Of a stretch of 32,000 nt of DNA, positions 29,213-32,000 are shown in pieces. Position numbers and translations under genes: made by a program. The notes beneath the pieces are model-generated. The model saw only the letters and a list, made by a program, of their open reading frames with translations, searched no databases and had not been told where the DNA came from. Source of the stretch: Candidatus Iainarchaeum sp. (GTDB taxonomy: Archaea; Iainarchaeota; Iainarchaeia; Iainarchaeales; CSSED10-239); NCBI GenBank assembly GCA_028700115.1, contig JAQVTI010000007.1:1-32000 (forward strand), in the 5' to 3' direction. The first letter of the stretch is position 1. Every line of letters starts with the position of its first letter.

Positions 29213-30191
29213 TTAAATCACATATTTTATCCCAATCATTAATTAAATCATAACCTTGATTATAATATTCATAAAATATATTTACTATTTCCTCTCTAGG
29301 AACAGGCACAATATCAGATAATTGTGATCTTTTAATAATATCAGGAGATGGAATATTATAAATTATAATTTTTTTATTTTTATCTTCAGTAATAAAATAT
29401 CTATCGTGGATATCCTTTAGAGCATTATCATTTAAAATTTTGACATTAATATCTATATTTGTTAATTCTGATTTCAACTTTTTAAATAGTTTTCTGAAAT
29501 CTAAATTAATATGATTTGGGGAAGTAATAATTTTAATAGACAAGACTTTATCCTTTGTATATTTAAATAAATAATCAAGGCCACTAGTAGAAAAATATTT
29601 ATCAATCCAAAGTATTAAATTATTAGACCTTTCATGTATTAACTCTTCCATTGCTTTTTCATTTGAATATGGTTTATTTGGACTTATCGATATAGAAGTA
29701 ACTTCCTCGGATAACAAACCACTATCTTGATTAATAAAGTCTATACCTTCTGAAGTTATTGCTATGTGTCTACTACCTATATATTTTGCAAAACCATAAT
29801 ACTTTAAATAATCAAATACATAATAAAAATATAATTTATCTAAATTTAAATCATCAATAACTTGATTAAATAATACATAAGTAGAACTTTTAGATAATTG
29901 AAACAATTTATTTAAGATTTTAATTTCACATTCTTTCCTTCTTAAATAATCTGAATTATAATACTCTTTTTCAATCAAATTAGCACCATTTTGAGAAATT
30001 GAATAGCCACCTCCTAAAGCTCTTGATTTAATTAACCCTTTATCCGATAAATACTTTAATTCTAAATGATTGATATTTAAGTTATTTTCTGAAATTACAG
30101 TATCTATAAATATTATAGAATTAAATATATTTATTGATTTTTTCTTAGCACTATCGTAAAATAATTTTAAAAATTTCAAGTTATATTCCAT
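29187..30191 (-). CDS. Winged-helix protein with C-terminal PLD/MIT_C-like domain
   Basis: N-terminal wHTH-like repeats (LKYLSDKGLIKSRALGGGYSISQNG), C-terminal LSIKIITSPN...INVKILNDNALKDIHDRYFITEDKNKKIIIYNIPSP with HDRYFI motif. Confidence 0.6.
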   Translation of the reverse strand: MEYNLKFLKLFYDSAKKKSINIFNSIIFIDTVISENNLNINHLELKYLSDKGLIKSRALGGGYSISQNGANLIEKEYYNSDYLRRKECEIKILNKLFQLSKSSTYVLFNQVIDDLNLDKLYFYYVFDYLKYYGFAKYIGSRHIAITSEGIDFINQDSGLLSEEVTSISISPNKPYSNEKAMEELIHERSNNLILWIDKYFSTSGLDYLFKYTKDKVLSIKIITSPNHINLDFRKLFKKLKSELTNIDINVKILNDNALKDIHDRYFITEDKNKKIIIYNIPSPDIIKRSQLSDIVPVPREEIVNIFYEYYNQGYDLINDWDKICDLNERKKEKN

Positions 30192-30197
30192 ATTAAA

Positions 30198-31115
30198 TCA
30201 TATCTTTATTTTTTCATAAACTTTATATGGCCAATTTTGTTCTTCAGAAATACAAGATGAAAAAGCACTTACAAAGAATAAATTTTCAGTAAATTTAGTC
30301 ACATCATAATTACAATCTTTAATATTAAATACAGCTAAAATTAATCTGTTGAAATGAACAATATCTTCATTTGAGATACCTGAGAAATAAATTGAATTAA
30401 TTATTAAATTTATATTATAAGTATTAACCCTATTTTCAAGATTATATTTTTTAAGAGTTTTTTTTAAAGCTAAACTAGAGGTATTATTATTTTCATCAGC
30501 TATAGAATCATAACCTTTTGTTTTTTTATTTAATTTAATTTCTTTATTATAATTTAGTATATATTCTTCTTTAATTTGATTAAATTTGTCTCCAAATATC
30601 CAATACCCTAAATGATAATTTAGATAATTAGATTTTAATCCCTCTTTTATAATTTCTAATATATTAGTAAAATTATGATAAGGAAATAAAGGCCTATTTT
30701 TAATAGGTATAAAGTCCACAGATTGTAAGAAACTAAATAATATATCTATTTGTTTTTTATTTAGTTTAATATCAAATAAAATTTCAAACCATTTAAAAGA
30801 AGGAATCAATGGATTACCTTTATTTGTTGTTTTCGAAGTCCATTTTATTTCTATAGAACCATCTTTTTTTTCATCAACTCTATCAAATTGATGAAAATCA
30901 TTTTTATCTGGAATAGTTTCTAAGAAAAATGGCTTTATTTTTTTAATTTTATTTCTGATAGTATTATTACCTGTTACATCAGGATAAAATATTTCTTCTA
31001 AATTTTTCTGAGTAAAATAATAATTTTCTCTAGAACCAAAAACAAATATACTAAATAAAACTTGTGAAGTTAATTTTTCATCTAATAAGTCCAATATTAT
31101 ATTTTTATAGGGCAT
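30198..31115 (-). CDS. Hypothetical protein
   Basis: 305-aa ORF, 6 bp upstream of the previous gene, same operon. Confidence 0.7.
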   Translation of the reverse strand: MPYKNIILDLLDEKLTSQVLFSIFVFGSRENYYFTQKNLEEIFYPDVTGNNTIRNKIKKIKPFFLETIPDKNDFHQFDRVDEKKDGSIEIKWTSKTTNKGNPLIPSFKWFEILFDIKLNKKQIDILFSFLQSVDFIPIKNRPLFPYHNFTNILEIIKEGLKSNYLNYHLGYWIFGDKFNQIKEEYILNYNKEIKLNKKTKGYDSIADENNNTSSLALKKTLKKYNLENRVNTYNINLIINSIYFSGISNEDIVHFNRLILAVFNIKDCNYDVTKFTENLFFVSAFSSCISEEQNWPYKVYEKIKI

Positions 31116-31153
31116 AATTTATCTTTCATTCTTGCTTACTAATTTAAAGTAAA

Positions 31154-31263
31154 TTTAGTAATTATAACATTACTAATCCTATAAAAAAAATAGGACCTCA
31201 TAAACATCATAAGATATATATGATTACTAAAAAAAACTTTATTAGATAACTAATATAGTAATC
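31154..31263. promoter_or_regulatory. Intergenic cluster of four TAGTAAT/ATTACTA motifs, candidate operator array
   Basis: tttagtaat (31154-31162), attactaat (31169-31177), gattactaa (31222-31230), tagtaatc (31256-31263) between divergent operons. Confidence 0.45.
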
Positions 31264-31287
31264 AAAAAATATATAAAGAGGTGTATT

Positions 31288-31569
31288 ATGAAAAAATATG
31301 AAAGCGGACAGGTAAGTAAAGTACATACAGGTCCAAGATACAATTTGGTAGAATTAAAAACCCCTACTGAAACACTTCAGATTTCTGATTGGAATAAATT
31401 TCCTATAAAAGAAAATGAAGAATATACTTTAGAACTTCAAGAAAATGGTGAATTTCTAAACCTTATTTCTATAGAAGACGCTAAAGGTAATAAATTAGAA
31501 ATGAATAAAAAAGATAAAATAATTAAATTAGCTAATAAAATAATATCTGAAGCTAAGGAGGTGATCTAA
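31288..31569 (+). CDS. Hypothetical small protein of putative element
   Basis: 93 aa, preceded by gaggtg; overlaps the next start by a base. Confidence 0.65.
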   Translation: MKKYESGQVSKVHTGPRYNLVELKTPTETLQISDWNKFPIKENEEYTLELQENGEFLNLISIEDAKGNKLEMNKKDKIIKLANKIISEAKEVI

Positions 31570-31850
31570 TGCCTCTTTCTTATTATAATACAAAAGATAC
31601 TGTGCCTTTATCAAAATTAAAAGAAAGGTACATTACAACCTTTGTTGATAATCTTAAAGACTTTGAAGAAGAAATCATTCAAAATTATAATAACTCAAAT
31701 ACAAAGTTATTCATAGAAAATGACAAAGCTTTTCTAATTATCAATGAATTTTGTTTTATAATTATATATTATACTAAAAAAATAAAAGAAAAAATAGTAC
31801 AATGTGTGAATGGATGTGGTATAGATGCAAGAAAACATATTTCAAAGTGA
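31569..31850 (+). CDS. Hypothetical small protein of putative element
   Basis: 93 aa, translationally coupled. Confidence 0.65.
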   Translation: MPLSYYNTKDTVPLSKLKERYITTFVDNLKDFEEEIIQNYNNSNTKLFIENDKAFLIINEFCFIIIYYTKKIKEKIVQCVNGCGIDARKHISK

Positions 31851-32000
31851 AGATCCTATTTTTTACAATCTTAATCAAGGAGAGTTTAAAGATAACTTTT
31901 ATTTTGGAAAAGTTATATCTGTTAAAAGTCAGCAAACCAATTGTGTAATATTATCTGATAGAAACTTCTTTGTAGATTATGAATCAGTAAAAGTAAAAGA
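31825..32000 (+). CDS. Partial hypothetical protein, 3' end off the right edge
   Basis: ATG at 31825: MQENIFQSEDPIFYNLNQGEFKDNFYFGKVISVKSQQTNCVILSDRNFFVDYESVKVK..., open to window end, overlaps previous gene. Confidence 0.6.
   Translation, partial: MQENIFQSEDPIFYNLNQGEFKDNFYFGKVISVKSQQTNCVILSDRNFFVDYESVKVK

Larger units (their letters stand above)
28990..32000. mobile_element. Putative integrated element (one end), continues past right edge
   Basis: Orphan tRNA 3' half at the boundary, RHH regulator reading into it, then unfamiliar ORFs in two divergent operons. No integrase seen within the window. Confidence 0.5.

Noticed and set aside
29051-29242. 63-aa + strand ORF
   Set aside because: Antisense to the RHH ORF and the tRNA-Ser flank; low-complexity translation.

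Overview
AT-rich (about 25% G+C) archaeal chromosome segment, DPANN/Woesearchaeota-like in character; this lineage call is inferred from gene content only. Core content: isolated 16S rRNA with a downstream tRNA-Ala, 7S SRP RNA, intron-containing tRNA-Tyr(GTA), tRNA-Glu, tRNA-Gly, tRNA-Leu, FEN1, ribosomal protein eL40, FtsZ, a bacterial-type ThrRS, deoxyhypusine synthase, a PLP-dependent basic amino acid decarboxylase, an agmatinase/arginase-family protein, an M50 site-2 protease, a Trx-CcdA fusion, TspO/MBR and an APC permease. Points that stand out: (1) an isolated 3' half of tRNA-Ser(GCT) at ~28990-29045, read through by a ribbon-helix-helix ORF, followed by two divergent operons of unfamiliar proteins (one a winged-helix plus PLD/MIT_C-like protein). 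This looks like one end of a tRNA-integrated element that runs off the right edge. (2) Thymidine kinase and a member of a local four-member paralogous family are each interrupted by one in-frame TAA. (3) A pair of near-perfect 22-24 bp palindromes with centres 32 bp apart sits upstream of thymidine kinase. (4) A 252-bp element with 10-bp terminal inverted repeats abuts the interrupted paralog. (5) Two tandem family members share a near-identical internal block inside a polyamine/hypusine-type cluster. (6) Two small genes and one edge-truncated gene are absent from the ORF track (eL40, an eL41-like protein, and a secreted Cys-containing protein at 1-1449). (7) A Nudix-like protein lacks all three REUxEE glutamates.
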